Part shown: positions 58,350 through 58,958 of the stretch, piece after piece
Numbering within the stretch: position 1 is the stretch's first letter
Layout of the letters: the number at the start of each line of letters is the position of its first letter
Assembly: GCA_024643505.1 (NCBI GenBank)
Contig: JAHEMW010000002.1
Coordinates: 1 to 58,958, forward strand
Direction of reading: 5' to 3'
DNA from: Demequinaceae bacterium
Lineage (GTDB): Bacteria; Actinomycetota; Actinomycetes; Actinomycetales; Demequinaceae
Length of the DNA stretch: 58,958 bases
Translations under genes and position numbers: made by a program
Notes under the pieces: generated by a model
Databases searched by the model: none
Seen by the model: only the letters and a program-made list of their open reading frames with translations
Told to the model about the DNA's origin: nothing

Positions 58350-58958
58350 ATGCGAAACGCCAAGATTGTCTGCACCATCGGCCCCGCCACTGCGTCACTG
58401 GAGATGATGAGGAAGCTCGTCGCCGCCGGTATGGACGTGGCACGAATCAATCGATCTCACGGGAAGGCCGAGGAGCACGAGCAGGTATACCGCAACGTGC
58501 GCCAGGCCGCCGAGGAACTAGGGCGCAACGTCGCCGTTCTCGTGGACCTTCAGGGACCGAAGATTCGCCTGGAGCGCTTCGCCGAGGGTAAGCACGAACT
58601 CGAGATCGGCGACGTCTTCACGATCACGACGCGCGACGTTGTTGGCACCAAAGACATCTGCGGGACGACGTTCAAGGGCCTGCCTGGAGACGCGCATGTC
58701 GGCGACCCGCTGCTCATCGACGACGGCAAGGTGCGCCTGCGCGTCACCAAGGTGACGGACACGGACGTGACGACCGTCGTCGAGGTTCCCGGGCCCGTGT
58801 CAAACAACAAGGGCATTAACCTTCCAGGCGTCGCCGTGTCCGTGCCCGCGTTGTCTGAGAAGGACGAGGACGACCTTCGGTGGGGAATCCGGCTGGGCTG
58901 CGACTTCATTGCGTTGTCGTTCGTGCGGTCGGCGGAAGACTACGAAGACGTGGCGCGA
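58350..58958 (+). CDS. pyk: Pyruvate kinase (3'-truncated by window edge)
   Basis: Manual translation MRNAKIVCTIGPA...GMDVARINRSHG...DLQGPKIR...NNKGINLPG; TAGGTT box 7 nt before ATG. Confidence 0.96.
   Translation, partial: MRNAKIVCTIGPATASLEMMRKLVAAGMDVARINRSHGKAEEHEQVYRNVRQAAEELGRNVAVLVDLQGPKIRLERFAEGKHELEIGDVFTITTRDVVGTKDICGTTFKGLPGDAHVGDPLLIDDGKVRLRVTKVTDTDVTTVVEVPGPVSNNKGINLPGVAVSVPALSEKDEDDLRWGIRLGCDFIALSFVRSAEDYEDVAR

Overview
High-GC actinobacterial chromosome segment. Gene content suggests Micrococcales, possibly Demequina-like, but the taxonomy is inferred. Most of it is core genome: the tail of the suf operon, bioYMN, an ABC-F gene, fabG/fabI, serB, glgC/glgA, NfeD-SPFH, a GH13 glucosidase, a LexA-box-controlled imuA'-imuB-dnaE2 mutasome, tRNA-Leu(GAG), a pupylation locus, hisF/hisI, trpECBA, lgt, gltBD and the start of pyk. 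The best candidate for an undescribed system is at 22982-26307. It is a two-gene operon: an uncharacterised 259-aa protein with an internal two-fold repeat, then a membrane pyrophosphatase carrying the K+-dependent Na+,H+-PPase signature typical of anaerobes such as Bacteroides. The operon is bracketed by two related 104-bp hairpin elements in inverted orientation and sits next to the tRNA. Second, the pupylation locus (arc-dop-pup-pafA) has no prcBA or pafBC, and its ARC ATPase has lost the C-terminal beta-grasp region and the GQYL proteasome-docking tail. Third, putative leaderless promoters are pervasive, including -10 boxes built on upstream stop codons and one overlapping bidirectional -10 pair. 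All calls come from reading motifs by eye; no database searches were run.
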